This document shows positions 1-12,912 of a DNA stretch of 64,000 nucleotides, one piece after another. Both the position numbers and the translations under genes were made by a program. The number at the start of each line of letters is the position of its first letter. The first letter of the stretch is position 1. The notes beneath the pieces were generated by a model that saw only the letters and a program-made list of their open reading frames with translations, searched no databases and was not told the DNA's origin. Source of the DNA: Psammoneis japonica (Eukaryota); the NCBI GenBank assembly GCA_008632985.1, contig QPGO01000063.1, positions 186,001-250,000 of the forward strand. The letters run 5' to 3'.

Positions 1-143
1 GCTCTGACAAAGGGGGTCGCTATTATTCTGATTCTGCGGCACTTTATTTGCGCGCTTGCTCCTCTGAATTCTTCTTCAACAACAAGCCCTACTACCGTAC
101 TAGAGTTCTTTAGATCACTACATCAATAACCTCGCACATCAGC

Positions 144-3100
144 CTACTTTTTCGAGGTATTGCCGGTCTTCTTTTTCTTCAGAAATGCAGCAAACATTTT
201 AGCGCCTGCGGAAGGCGCGTCCTTCCGCTTCTTGCTACTGGTCCTTGACGCCGCCTCCTTGGGTGATCCCGTCGGAGGAGTCTCTGGTTCTGCGTTTGAA
301 GCAGAGGAGGATACCTTCGTTTGCTTCGCTGGTTTGACTGGGGGTACGTCGACCTTCTTCACAGACAGTCAAAGGGGTAAGAACTAGAATTCCAGAAACT
401 ACAGCACAAGTAGAAACAACGGGTTCGCGCTTACCAATAGTTCCTCTAGTCCCAGCTCCTCAAGGACAGACTTTTTGACTTTCCAAATAACTCCACCACT
501 GGGAATTCGTTTCTTTTCCGCAATCGCATCAAGCTTCCTAGTCGCGTGTGCTCGACTAGGAATGATCTCCTGATGAAGCGTCCGCAGTTGTTCTACAATC
601 TTGTCTTTGGACGGCAAGGTACAATTGTGAACAAACTGAGCAAAAATTCTCAAATCCTCCTTGCTCATTTCCTGCGAGTTCGTCGTGCCTTTCCCGGTAG
701 CCGACACTTTTGTCGATCCATCTTTTACACAGGACGGGTCTGAGGATGACGGTGTACACTCGTCCACGAGGTGCGGCGGGAAGGCATCCCAGCACAATTC
801 CAAATTGGGAGCGCAAACCTGGCCCTCGTGAGACGCAAGCAATTCCATAGCCTCGGTAGGGCATACACCTTCGACAAATTCCTTGGCATCTTCGTCCGTA
901 ATTTGATCCTTGGAAAGCGGAAGGCCCCCCATTGCTGGAGCAATCACACAGACCGTGCTGAGCTCCGTAACCGTCTTGTCGTTCCTTTCCTCTAATTTCT
1001 TTTTGCGCAAAGCCATGGTTTCCAAATCAACCTCTTCTCCGCCAAGATCATCGTCGTGGGCCAACCACCCGTCTTGGTAGTTGTAGACGCGGGTATCGCC
1101 CTCTTCATCATCCATATTGTCCTCCTCATCATCGCCCGCGTCAGATTCACAGTCTTCTCCAGGATCGTCATCACCTTCCTCCCACTCAGCCTCGCTGTCT
1201 TCATCGTAATTCAAAAATTCCGTCTCCTTGCCAAAGGGAGTCCGGCCAGTCACGGCAGAACTACGAGGCTTGCTCCACGTTCCATGGTACGGCGGACGAT
1301 AGTCTTCGTGAAAACGGAAAAACTTGTACTTGTTTGGCACATTTATTTCTCGTTGCTCATCGTATGGCTGTTCACCAAAGGGATTGTCCGACAGGACCGT
1401 GACAAAGACAGTGACAGAGACTTTTTTCGTTTTACGGGTGCGAGACGCACGTGCCCGATCCGAAAGCTTGGCAAACACGGGAGCATCCAAATGGCGGTCC
1501 CTGGAATCAATCAACGAACGAAAGTGCTCCGTGTCAAAGGACGAGCCCGCGTTATTATGACTCTGTGCAACCTTTTTCTCGGTCGCTTTCTTCTTGGCAG
1601 GCGTCGCCTGGGACGGCGCCGTGAAGAACGATTGCATCATGGCCCGTTGCTTTTGGGTTTTTTCCTCCGTTTTTTTGGCCTTGGCTTCCTTTGCCAAACG
1701 CTCCCGTTTGCGTTCTGATTCTTTCTCCTCCTTTTGCTTGCGCTTGAGCTCGGCCGCCTCTTGCTTCTTTCGTTCCTTTTCAGCCTTTTCCTCTTGCTTC
1801 TTTCGTTCCTTCTCGGCCTTTTCCTCTCGCCTGGATTGCTCCGCTTGCTGCTTTTCCAATTGCTTTTGCGCCTTTTCCTTTTCTTTTTCCAGCTGCAGTC
1901 GCGCCTTGGCTTGTTCCTTTTGCTTCTTGGCTTCCAGTGCGAGCCGCTGTTTTTCCGCCTCGCGTTCATACTTGAGCACCTTTTCCTCTTCCGTACTGAT
2001 TCGAGCTAGGACTGTCTTGAGCTTTTCCTTTTTGGACCCGGGATCCAACAAGAGCCGGTCGGCTTCGTCCAGGGACAAAAGCAGCTTGGAAATGGCCTTG
2101 TGGTGGGTCCGAAGCTTGCGACGAGCCGTGCGGGCCTTTTTGACCTTGGAAATACATACGCTAGGAAGTAGCTCAACCGACACGAGCTCCCACCGCCACA
2201 TGCGGTCCGCATTGTCGTCTTCAAACACGTCCGTCTTGGCATTTGAGTGAGCAATGTAGGACTCTCGTGACGCCAGTACCTTGATCTTGGCCGCGACGGC
2301 GTCCGTTGCAAAGGTGGCACCCGTGCAAGTCTTCTTCAACACCTCCATAGCTCGCTCGGCAAGCTTGGCGAGTGGGAGTGAACTGAATGACAAGAGATAT
2401 AGGTGGTGGTTAGATTATAGAATTCAACAGCCATTGGTAGCTCAGGAAGCTTGATGATATACTCACCTTTCCTGAATCACAAGCGCAAGGCTCGCAATGG
2501 CATCGCTTGGAAACTCTTCCTCGTTGCTCGCCTCCAGCTCTACCGCGGCGGGTGTGGGGAGCGTAAAACCTTCTTCCGCCAATCCCTCTTTTGCTTTCTC
2601 CACCAGCTCGTGAGCCCGATGAATGTATCGGGAACGCATGTTCTCGTGCTTCTTCATACGCTCCGCCACGTCAGGCGCAAGTTTCGTGCCTTCGGTTGTA
2701 GTGGAATGCTCCTTGACAATTTCAACCTCGCCGGCAGTCTCTTTGGGTTGAGTATCGGGTGGATTCTCCAAAGGCTCTTGGTCGACGACAACAACCTCGT
2801 CTACAGCGTGAGTACAGGGCTGATTCTCCTTGGACTCGTCCTGTCGTTCCGTCTCGGATTCTCCCTTATTCTCAGTTTCTGGTACTACAGACTCTGAAAC
2901 GGGAGTCTCGTCCGGATCATCTTCTTCTGACGCAAATGTATCCATCACGCCATTGTCGTTCTCTTCAGCGTTGTTCTCAGAAGGTTCTGGAGCGTCGTTC
3001 ATTTCCACATCCTTCAATTCCGTACGTTCAGAAATCGTATTGCTCGGCGGAGTTTCTGTATTCTGCTCTGCAGACGGTTCGTTTGCAGGAGACTCAAACG

Positions 3101-3947
3101 TGACCGTCTCATCGTCTGAATCCTCATCCATGGGTTCTGGAGCGTCATTCGTAGGCTCCTGCATCTCGACGTCCTCTGTGGACTCCAAGGGAGATTCTTC
3201 CACGTCGTCCTCTGAAGAATCCTGATTTGCATCTCCCGAAATCATATTGCTCGTTGGAATTTCTGCGTTCTTGTCTTTCGCAGTCAGTTCTTGCGTGGAC
3301 TCATCTTGGCGATCTGAATCTTGCTTTTCCTTCTCTTCTGCTTGAGATTCCTCTGTACTGGATAGATCTGCCTCAGTACTCGCATTTTTCTTCTGCAGCA
3401 CGACTTCTGCAACCTCGTCGTTCGAGGAGTCGTCCGGTTTTTCCACACTCCGTTCCAGCTTTTCCAATAAATTGACCTTTTCTTGGGGTGACTTTTTGTT
3501 TTCTTCGGGTTGCTGTGCTGGTATGGGCGATGGTGTGACGCGTGACTTGAATTGAGAATGACGAATCCCTCGAATCGGCAATAAGTCGTCTGCTGTAGTA
3601 GTAGCTGTAGTTGTTGTAGCAGCGATTTCTGTAGGACGGCTTGTTGTTGCTGCTGCTGCGGCTGTAGTGGTGGTGCCCATGACGATATCAAAGAGTTGTT
3701 TCTTATCATGGCGGGGTGTGACTGTAGCATTCTTCTTGGTAGTGCTTGCCGACGGCTTTTTCGTAGTAGCAGCGGGCTTGCGAGGCGTAAAGAACGATGC
3801 CAGAGTCGGTTGCTTCTTACCATCAGTCGCTTCGTTTTTCGATGCTTTTGACTTCTTAGCACTACCCTTCTTAGAACTCGACGGCTTCTTTGCACTGCTC
3901 GTCTTGGGCTTTTTATCACTGGTTGGAACGGTTTCAAGGGTCGGCAT
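144..3947 (-). CDS. CHAF1A: Chromatin assembly factor 1 large subunit (p150/Cac1/FAS1); predicted exons 3947-2467, 2382-435, 356-144
   Basis: N-terminal PIP box QPTLASFF; K/E/R coiled coil ending in PIP-like QRAMMQSFF; CAF1A motif KFFRFHEDYRPPYHGTWSK...PFGKETEFLNYDEDSEAEWEE followed by an acidic ED tract. Introns GTGAGT..CAG (2466-2383) and GTAAGC..AAG (434-357, acceptor less certain) join the three ORFs in frame. Confidence 0.93.
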
Positions 3948-4101
3948 GGTGTTGCTGTGTTGTTGTCATGGCGTTGTGTGGTTTTTGCAGAAAAAGCATG
4001 GCCGCGTATCCTGCCGTGTCGAGATATTTCAGATTTAGTACCAGAAAACACGTACATTTCTACTTCATGTACGCACATACTAGCATTCTACGTTGACTCA
4101 A

Positions 4102-4113
4102 TTGGCGCGGGAG
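4102..4113. promoter_or_regulatory. E2F-like site TTGGCGCGGGAG in the divergent promoter
   Basis: Resembles the overlapping TTTSSCGC-type E2F element; ~155 bp upstream of the CAF-1 ATG. Confidence 0.4.
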
Positions 4114-4435
4114 AGTTTCAAACTCGCACATACGAGTAGCCGTAGATTCTACGTGAACCGCTTGTCCGTCGACCGATCGCGCTTTACCTGCGCGTCCCGC
4201 GCACGCGACTTTGCGGGCGCCAGTACCTCCGCACACCGGCAAGCGCTCGCTCATCAAGCTCGAAAGCGCCGGGGACCAACACCTGGAAGCTGGAAGGTCG
4301 TTCAGCTTTCAATCTTTCAACCAACAAACTTATTTCATCAACGTCAATAGAGAGAAGCTTGCCATACAAACAATCGGAGGTTGCTTCTAACGGTTCTCCA
4401 GGACTTATGTTAACGAGGATTGAAACATTCCGAAA

Positions 4436-6067
4436 ATGAAACGATTCACGTCGAAAAGATCGGTCGCCCCATTCTTCTTGTGTGTTTTGTTGTTTTTATT
4501 GCTTGGATGTGCCCTAGTAGTTCATAGCGAAACAAACGTTGAATGGACTCCCAATGAGCAAGACGATGGTCCACTCCCGTTATCACAGAGACAACGTGAT
4601 CAGCTGTCACAACTAGAGCAAACCATTCGCAATTCACCAGACCCGGCCGCAACAATACAACAAGTCGCTCAGGCAAACAACATGGATCCTCGAGAACTGG
4701 TAGAAATGCTAGATCGGAATCGTCGAGAAATGCAAGGCGTGGCAACCGGTGGTGGTCAATCAATGGTGGGAAATTCAATACCTAGAACTTTGTTGAAACT
4801 GGTTGGGTCGGTCGTTGCGTTGATTATGCAATCGGCAAAAAAGAATCCACGTGCCTTTGGTCTTGCTGCAACGACGGTGCTGTTGCTACTTTATGTAATG
4901 ATTGCTGCTCCCAGAACCGGTCTGGTAATGTCAACACGACGTGGTTTGCTCTCCAGGGGACATTCAACATTTTTAAATCCACCTACTCCTTATGTTGCAC
5001 GATTGTTAGAGAATTCTCCGAGACGATCCATAAGTTCGTCACTGCAAAAAAAGAATATCGTCTTGGACATTGAAGAACCTACTCGTGATGGTGTGGAATG
5101 GCTAAAGGTACGATTGAGTGAGAACTACTTTAAGGTCCTCTTTTCTGAGCTTGAAAAGCTGGATCATGTTTCACATTGCTCTGATCACTTAAACCTTTTC
5201 ATACATTCGTGCAATAGCCGAGTCGACGATCGGACGTTTCGCAGGCCGTGACGGCACGAGTAACCATTGATATTGATGATTTGATGCCCGACGAGGAAGA
5301 GGAAGATGGTGAGGAGCAAGATGATGAGAGTAACGTGTCGAAACGAGAAGAAATGTCCGAAATGCTTTTTGACGCGGCCGCGACCATCCTGTCGTCACGT
5401 CGACTATCCGAATTTGTAGACGACTCCTCCTCGTCAAGCTCGTTGCGATTTCAGAGCAGTGAGGATGGAAGGCGTCGGTACGCCTATCTCATACTTAAAA
5501 AGATGGGCAACTTCAAACGGTTTGGTCTTCAACCGTTCAAATTGACAGATCAACAAGAGACGTCGAACCAATCAAAGTTGGTGTACTCCACACTCCGCGG
5601 TAGTCATTTTGATGGTGAGATAAGTATATCGGTAAAAGTCGATCCTGCAAGTCAAAATGCGTTGGTCACTACAAGTTTGGTAGTGCCCAAAAAGGGCAAA
5701 AAGCTCAAGAAACTTACCGTGAGTCATTCTCGTTGCTCCATGATTCTGCTTGCCTTTCTTGTTGGTGATTATAACTTGCCTTTGTTTTCATTCCAAGGCG
5801 TCTGTTATTGTTTCAACTCTGGCGGACTCCATAGCTAGGTCAACAATGACACATGCACGACAGACACTGGCAAGACAATCTCAGTCATCACGATATCGGA
5901 GCAAGGTGAAGGATCGGGCTACAAAAAAGAGGCACGATCGTCTTGAAAATGAAAAGAAAATGGAAGAAATGGCTCGCGAACGCAAAAGAAAGTGGCAGCG
6001 TCAGCATCGCGATTCAGGAAGGTACCGACCCAGTGGAAGGAGAATGCAATCTCCAAACAATTGTTGA
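4436..6067 (+). CDS. Hypothetical protein with signal peptide and a further hydrophobic helix; exons 4436-5107, 5218-5718, 5798-6067
   Basis: Three ORF segments joined in phase 0 by introns GTACGA..TAG (5108-5217) and GTGAGT..AAG (5719-5797); hydrophobic N-terminus, basic C-terminus, normal CpG/TpA content. Confidence 0.8.
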
Positions 6068-6159
6068 GAAAGGAGAAGAAAAGGAATTGAGTTGCTAAAT
6101 TCATGTAGTGTAGAAACAGTCTGATTCTCCATGAATACCACCGCGTTAGCTTGACACAA

Positions 6160-7590
6160 CGGAGAATGAGCTGAGCTACAAAACTCTCTGGCCTTCTGGA
6201 GGTGGTATCTTCATGGTTGGACACAGTGTACTGTGACCAGCTCTCCCCCTGCACCACAGTGTTTGAGCTCACAAACTGCAGCCTCAGCTAAGTCCCACCA
6301 TAGACTGTGCAGAACAGTCACCCCTTGCTTGATTCTGTGCTCTTTGCAGACCTCCTTGGTTCATTCGTCCATCAACTCTGAAGTGGGAGCACCTTCAGAG
6401 AATGCCTCTTGGGGCATGCCAACATCACAGATGAGCAACATCATTGCATTGGGATGGTCCCCTTTTGACTTCCAAGGGCAGAACTTGTTTTGCATCCAGG
6501 GCAGTTGGTGAAGAGAGTGCCACCAATTTCCCCATGAATTGACTTAACCTTAAAGAACAGTGCTCATTGCACCAGAGCCAAAATCTTTTGGGGAGTTTGA
6601 GCCATGGTGCTTTCTTTTTTTCTGCACCTTGCACTCAGATGGCACCACATTTGGTCATTCGAAACATCCACTTGAGCAGTTGCCCCAAGTGCATTCTTGG
6701 GGCATCAGAGAAAATGGGAGACCTGGCATCCATCAGCAGGCCAAACTGTCCTTCTGCAGCAGACTCTAAGCAGCAAATCCTGACTTGGCTCTTGGGCTTG
6801 CATTGAACACAGACGATGAAAAGCCAGAGCTGCCAGACTTGGAGCTGGAGCAAGAAGAAACCAGGCAATGACAGGCGCACTTGTCAAGCATGAGTTGAGA
6901 ATGAAGCAGTGGCAGGACATTGGAACAAGTGTGGGTGGATGAACAGCAAACCTTGCTGCTGGTGGGGCACAGCTGAGTCTTGTCACTGGAGAGCAATGGG
7001 GATCGCCTCGTCACTGGAGCAGCGGCAGCCCTCCTCACTGGAGCATCAGCGGCAGCCCTCCTCACTGGAGCATCAGCAAAGCTCCTTGGTGGAGCATTTG
7101 CAAACCTTCTCAATGGACTGTCAGCAGATCTCCTCACTGGTGGGCCTGGCTGATGCAGCAAAAACTGCTGCCATTGCTGGAGAGCAGCACCACCACCACC
7201 AAGTCAGCTGCCATTTTCATCATGAGGAGGCAGCAGCAGCAGGCCAGGGCTCATTGCCAGAGCAGCAGTCAATGTTGTTGCAAGAGTGCTGGTCAACCCA
7301 GCACCTGGAAAACACTGGCACTTGTTGCCAAAGCAGCACACCACCCAGCCCCTCCAGAGAAGTGACTGGCTTTGCAGCCCAGTGTGGAGCAGCGGAGCCA
7401 CGAGACCATCTTTCCCGGCCGCTGGACGAGCTGTGTGGGGTTGCCCTCATTGTGGGAGCATCAGCAGGGCTCATTGCCAGAGTGGAGTCAGTGTCACTGC
7501 AAGAGCATTGGTTGACCCAGCACCTGGAGAAGCAGTGGCGCCAGTTGCCAAAGCACAGAGCTCCACCCAGTGGGGCCTGGGCACATTAAA
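6160..7590. other. Isolated CpG/TpA-depleted decayed insert (TE or gene relic) with short internal tandem repeats at ~7010-7145
   Basis: Abrupt switch to TG/CA-rich composition; repeated CTCACTGGAGCA(TCA)GCGGCAGCCCTC units; no intact ORF. Confidence 0.55.
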
Positions 7591-7846
7591 ACATCATGTC
7601 AGTCGCCTTCAGACGTACGAAGGACAGACTCGGATGACGTTATTATGAAACCATGACTGAACTTGAAAATCGACACGATTGCGGAGACAATCGTCGTTCT
7701 CCGACGCTATCGATCACTCGACTAGCTCTGACCCTCTCACAATATCTAGAAACACTCTTTTGTGCACGGCATTGCTTTGTACTGGCTTGCATAAGCTTGT
7801 CTTTCCTGTCGGTATGAGAATTTTGATCACCAAACCCTTTAGCACC

Positions 7847-8689
7847 ATGTCCTCTTCAGCCGCCACAGCTGCAGCCGGCCATGACGGCAAGGTCGCTTCT
7901 GATGAAGTGAAGAGCGCAAACGACAATAAGCGCAAAGCTGAGGAGCGAGGTGGTCCAGGTGACATGGAAGAATCCAAGCAAATCTCGGATGAAGACGAAG
8001 AGCGCTCGATCGAGCAGCTTGCATGGGAAGACTTGTGGAGTGACGACTTTGAAACGGTCGAAAAGGCGACTGAAGAACTAGAAAAACTAACTTTCGATGA
8101 AGGTGACGACCCTGATGTACAAGCAAATTGCAACAGAGTTGTCGAAACCTCCGGGCATGTCATCATACTGAAGAACGTAGAGAAGTCTATGGGAGACCAG
8201 GGACGTCATGAGTTCATTGACGCAAATCTTCGCATTCTAGCGAATCTTTGCTACAGAAGCGCTGAACGTGGAAACATTATTTGCAAGACTCCAAAGGTGA
8301 TTGACACAACTTCCAAGATCATGCATATCTTTGCGGACCACCCTGGCTGCTGTGCCACTGCTTGTTTTGTGTTGGGAAAGCTTGCGATCAATGATGATGA
8401 CATGAAGGTCAAATTGCTTGAAGGTGGGGTGATTCCGTTAGCTATTGAATGCATGAAGAGATTCGTCAACAACAAGGACATGCAACGTTTTGGCTGCTAT
8501 TTGCTTCTGACACTCTTGACGAGCGAGAAGGGAATTAAAAGCATTGTCGATGCGGCGAATGCTTGCAAGGCCTTGACGGTGCTATCTGAAGCAAAGTATA
8601 ACTTCTGTGATGATCACGATATCGTGGAGATGGCCACAGCCGGTATCATGGTATTGCTTGATTTGCATTTTGCAACGGCTTATGCCTAG
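7847..8689 (+). CDS. Armadillo-repeat-like protein (alternative ATG at 7814)
   Basis: Intact ORF with helical repeats (ANLRILANLC, ACFVLGKLA, GGVIPLAIECMKRF, QRFGCYLLLTL). Confidence 0.7.
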   Translation: MSSSAATAAAGHDGKVASDEVKSANDNKRKAEERGGPGDMEESKQISDEDEERSIEQLAWEDLWSDDFETVEKATEELEKLTFDEGDDPDVQANCNRVVETSGHVIILKNVEKSMGDQGRHEFIDANLRILANLCYRSAERGNIICKTPKVIDTTSKIMHIFADHPGCCATACFVLGKLAINDDDMKVKLLEGGVIPLAIECMKRFVNNKDMQRFGCYLLLTLLTSEKGIKSIVDAANACKALTVLSEAKYNFCDDHDIVEMATAGIMVLLDLHFATAYA

Positions 8690-9180
8690 CTCTCTTGCAT
8701 CTCTGAACAGTTGGTGTCAAGAGAAAGTTCCAAGTTACCTCGTCCTTCCTGTTTTGTGGTGATTGCTGGCTTATCTGTAGAATTATTATCAAAGTAACAA
8801 GATGTTAGCTTACCATGAACAATTCAAGTGCTCATTTAATCTTTGCTCTACCCATGTCGCCGCCTCCTTCATACTACACTCACTGCGATTTACCTTTCTT
8901 CTTGCCCTTCTTTTTACTTTTCAGTTTCTTTGGATTCTGCGACCTCTTTGGCTCCGGTGGTTTGGGTTGACCGTCCCTTTATACGAAATTCGGTCTGTTA
9001 AATGGGAGCCGTCTGCTTAGCGCAGAGAGGACTGTTTCTCGTAAGAGATTGTCCTGGGCAAATTCCATCGTAATAACGACACGTGCATAACTGAAAATAA
9101 AGTGACAAAGGCACTTGAATACAGCATGCATAAAGAGTGAGGGGTGTGAAACCCTTAAAGTTCCGTTGTTACAACTTTTC

Positions 9181-10355
9181 CTAATTCGTTTCATGAAGGA
9201 GTCCGTGTAATCGCAAGACACTATTGGCTGCGTGTTTGGTGGCTGCACCATCCGTAATGTTGTCTTCATTGATATCATGTTGAATCGAAATTGCAATTCT
9301 GGCTCTTTTCCGTGCGTTGGCTAGCGTTTCTTCCTTCCATTTCAAAAACTCGTCACTGTACACGTGTTTTGTCTTGGTGGAGCTTGCTTTCGTTGTGTTT
9401 CTTGTGTTGTTGTTGCAGAGGTGGCTTTGTGCGCTGGCTTTTGCTGTTGGAGAGTCGTCACCTTGGCCGCAAGTTGCTCCACGGTGGGTAACACGCCAAG
9501 AAAGACATGCTCCGATACGTTGGAAACTCGAATGATGTCGTTGATATCCAATTGGTTCAATTCTTCTTCCTCCTCAACATTATTCTCATCGTCATCCGTA
9601 TCTTGTTGTTGCCGTTGCTTACGATTCGTCGTGCGCTTCCTCTTGTAACTAGTGCTGGACGCCTTGGCCACAGCATAGAAACATGCTGCTTCATATGCGG
9701 GATAGTGACGGTGCAAATCCTGCAGTCCCGCTTGGCGCACAGGTGGTGGTTTGGACGCTTGAATGACTTTTGTAATATCTTGCAAGAGTTGCTTAGCACG
9801 AGTCGCATAGCCGTGACTGTCTGGGATGATGGATCCCAAGCGAATCGCCAAGTCCAGAATTGTACTACTACTCGCCTGTGGTTCTTCTGCTTCATCTTCT
9901 GGTCGATGGGATGCAGCTTTTGCTGTTTCGGTTGTATCATCAGTAGTGATTTTTTGTTGCTTTCCTGATGCTGTCCTTTGCAACGGCAGCTCTCTACTCT
10001 TTCGTTTTCGACTTGTTTTTTTTGCTTTGGTTGTCGTCGTGGAGCTATAATCCGACAAGTAGTTTTCGACTTTTCGATGCAATTGTTGAAATGCTTTCTT
10101 CTTGGATCCGGCAATCATTGCCAATACTTCAGGGGGAAACTTGTGATGCGGTCTCGCTACAAGTTCTAAAATGGCTGCGGCCCTTGCATTCTCGTTATCA
10201 CCCTTACCCAACGAACCGATACGAGCCTTTGTTGCCAAGATGCGCAACTGCTCTTGGGTCTTCTCATTGATGCGTTTGGTGAGCTTGAATTTTGCCTTTT
10301 CTTGAGGTGGCAGCTTCGAGACGAGTTGGTTGACAATGCTTGCTTTCGTACTCAT
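9181..10355 (-). CDS. ORC6: Origin recognition complex subunit 6, with an apparent frameshift at ~9365-9480
   Basis: RAAAILELVAR..LAMIAGSKKKAFQQLHRKVENYL, TILDLAIRLG and YEAACFYAVAK resemble the two TFIIB-like ORC6 domains. The conserved C-terminal helix (human DYEEWKRKILENA) appears as DEFLKWKEETLANA in the next frame (9363-9181). Confidence 0.75.
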
Positions 10356-10519
10356 ACTTCAGTGTTGTTTTCGCTATGAATCAATGTCAAACAATACAGT
10401 ACAGAAGTCCTTTGGATGGTGTATGATATGGCAGCCGCGAATAAAGATGAGGCCTTGCTGTTCTGCTGTCATTCGTCATTGCGAACTGCTTCTTCTGCGT
10501 TTTTAGATAATATCGTTTC

Positions 10520-10890
10520 GCTGTCGGGGGCAGGACAGACCGTTTTCCGTTCAATGGACCGACGCACGGACGGAAGCAAGCACGGCGGCCGGCCGCGACG
10601 CACGCATCGCGCGCGCACGCACCGGACACGTGCGGCCGGACGGATGCCGGTGGCGGGCGCATGTAGACCGATCGATCGTATCGAGCGTGTAAGCCATCGA
10701 AAAAATCAGAGAGCGAGATTGGTGCGGCAACGAGACTCCCTTTCCTGTCTTCTGCCTTGCCTTGAAGAGGCACAAATCTCACCCACTGCAATCTTGATCC
10801 CTCACCTCCACCAGCACCAGCAGCCTGTTCCGTGGCCTGGGGGAATTGTCTGAGTGGATGACAAGTCCACACGTTTGCTCTGCTCTTTCT
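10520..10890 (+). repeat. Dispersed repeat, copy 1 (copy 2 at ~36795-37050)
   Basis: Shared CTGTC(G/A)GGGGCAGGACAGACC...AAAAAATCAGAGAGC...CTGTCTTCTGCCTTGCCTTGAAGAG...CACCTCCACCAGCACCAG. Confidence 0.85.
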
Positions 10891-12912
10891 TTTCACAGAC
10901 AAGAAATGTCCAAGAAAGACACAGCCAGCTTGCTGTGGGAACAAAATCATTGTCCCAGCAGAAAAGCAGGTGGCTGAGTGGTGTCTTCTCCTCCAGCTTT
11001 GTCATCCTGGAGAGACATGTGCACTGAAATGTCTGTTTCCCGGCACTTCCACATGTGCTCCAAATGTGAAGCATGTCACAAGACAAAAAATGCAAAACAA
11101 GAAACATGAGAAGGTGCCAGAAAAGGCAGCTGAAATTGTTCCATGGGAAATGCCATCATGTCCTGGGATGTTGCTGCTGAGAAACAACATTTTGCAGATT
11201 GTGCAACATTGCTCTTGCCTGCTCAAAAACCGACAACACCATCTTGCCGACAGCAGCAAGGGCTGCAGATGGTGCGCTGACCCTGTCAAGATCCTGATCA
11301 GAGAGCGGGTCCATGTTTGTGCTCCCACCCCTCACAAGCAATGACTCGCTGCTTTGCAACAGGGAGGCAGCACTTCAAAAGCTCCCTGCTGCTGCAAACC
11401 CAAGACACAAGAATTTGTCCAGACACACAGCACACAGCACTTTTTTTGTGGCACACTGCATGACACCCAGCATCCAAACCACAGGAAAGCAGAGCTGCAC
11501 TCTCAATTCAGAGTGTGCTCTGCCAGCAACAGGAATGATGAGATGATGATGGCACGCGGGACAAGCCAGCAAGGCTCTTTTGGCTGGAGAGCTGCCACTT
11601 TCAGAAAAAGGCTCCACAAGTTGCTGGATGGCACCAGAGTGCATGACTCAGACACCCACCAAAACTGAGTCATTTGGCTGCCAGGTGGAAAAATCCATTT
11701 CTTTGCACATGGCACCTGCACACAAAAAGAGTTTCTTTGATTGTGTGCTGGTTGGCACATGTTGTCAATGAACAACACAACTTTTGCCATTGTGTTGTGC
11801 ACTGCAAAAATCAATGATGCTTTGAGTGCCATTTTTGTTTGTCAGTGATGCTGTCCCATGGTGGTCACACCCAACACCATGCTGAGTGATTGTCGCCCAA
11901 GTGCACGCCACATGCACAACTGGAATTTTGCTGCATCATCACAAGCCAGTTTTCACACAGTGCCAAAAATGTTGTGCAAATGGCGGAGGCCTCACAGGCA
12001 ACAAATTCTTGACAAATGTCTTTGAATCTTTTGATGAGCCCCACTTTTGAGAGCAGAACACTGACTTGCTTTTGAAGGCTGTTCAAAAGAACAGCACTGT
12101 GGAGGATGGCACCTTGGAGGCAATTCAAAAATTCCTGTGCACACAGCACTGCAATGTGAGAGCACTGTCTTGTTTGATTTGATGCAGACCAAAGGTTTGT
12201 CTGTCATTTGAGCAGCACATGGGGTGCCAACATGTTGGAGGTGTGCACTCCAAGTCAGCATCCTTGCGGCCTTTTGTCTTGGCCAAAAACAACCCCTGAA
12301 CAGAAACTGTGGTTTGCAACATTTGCCTTGAGATGACACAGCAAGAGCAAATGCACGAAACTTGATTTCTTTCAACCATGGCAGCACACAGCCACAGATC
12401 AATGACACAGGACAAAAGGACAAAGACAACATGTCAACGAACTGCAAGAAGTCAACAAAGACTTTTCACTTCACTTTGTCACATTTTGGGCATCTTGCCC
12501 ACATTTGTCTGACACAAGCTTCAAGCAAGAAAAAATCAAGCAAGTGTGTTGGGTGCTCCAACTGCACAGGTTGCTTCAAACAAGCCACAATTTTTCTTTG
12601 CAGCACATGCTGCAACAGCATGCTGCAATTCCAGATCTGACCAGGGCAGGTGCAGCAGTGGAAAGAAAGTGGGGCATGGCCAAGGAAAAAAGGGCTTGTC
12701 TGCTCTTTGTTTGCATGGGTTGTGTTGTTGGCACCACAGTTGCTCATCATTTTCTGCAAAACATTGACCATGCACTGGATCTTTTGGCAACAGAAAATTG
12801 AGCACCTGCTGCTGCACAAAGGATTTGAAAGAAGGGCCATGTCATCAAGGCAAACATGCTGAAGCTGTGTGTGTGTTGGCTTTGTTCCTGGAGCACTTTC
12901 TTTCCCTCCTTT

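Noticed and set aside
1056..3475. Plus-strand ORFs antisense to CAF-1
   Set aside because: Shadow frames of low-complexity K/E/D-rich coding sequence.
7679..7813. TTG-initiated N-terminal extension of the ARM protein
   Set aside because: Bacterial-style start call; eukaryotic ATGs are available at 7814 and 7847.
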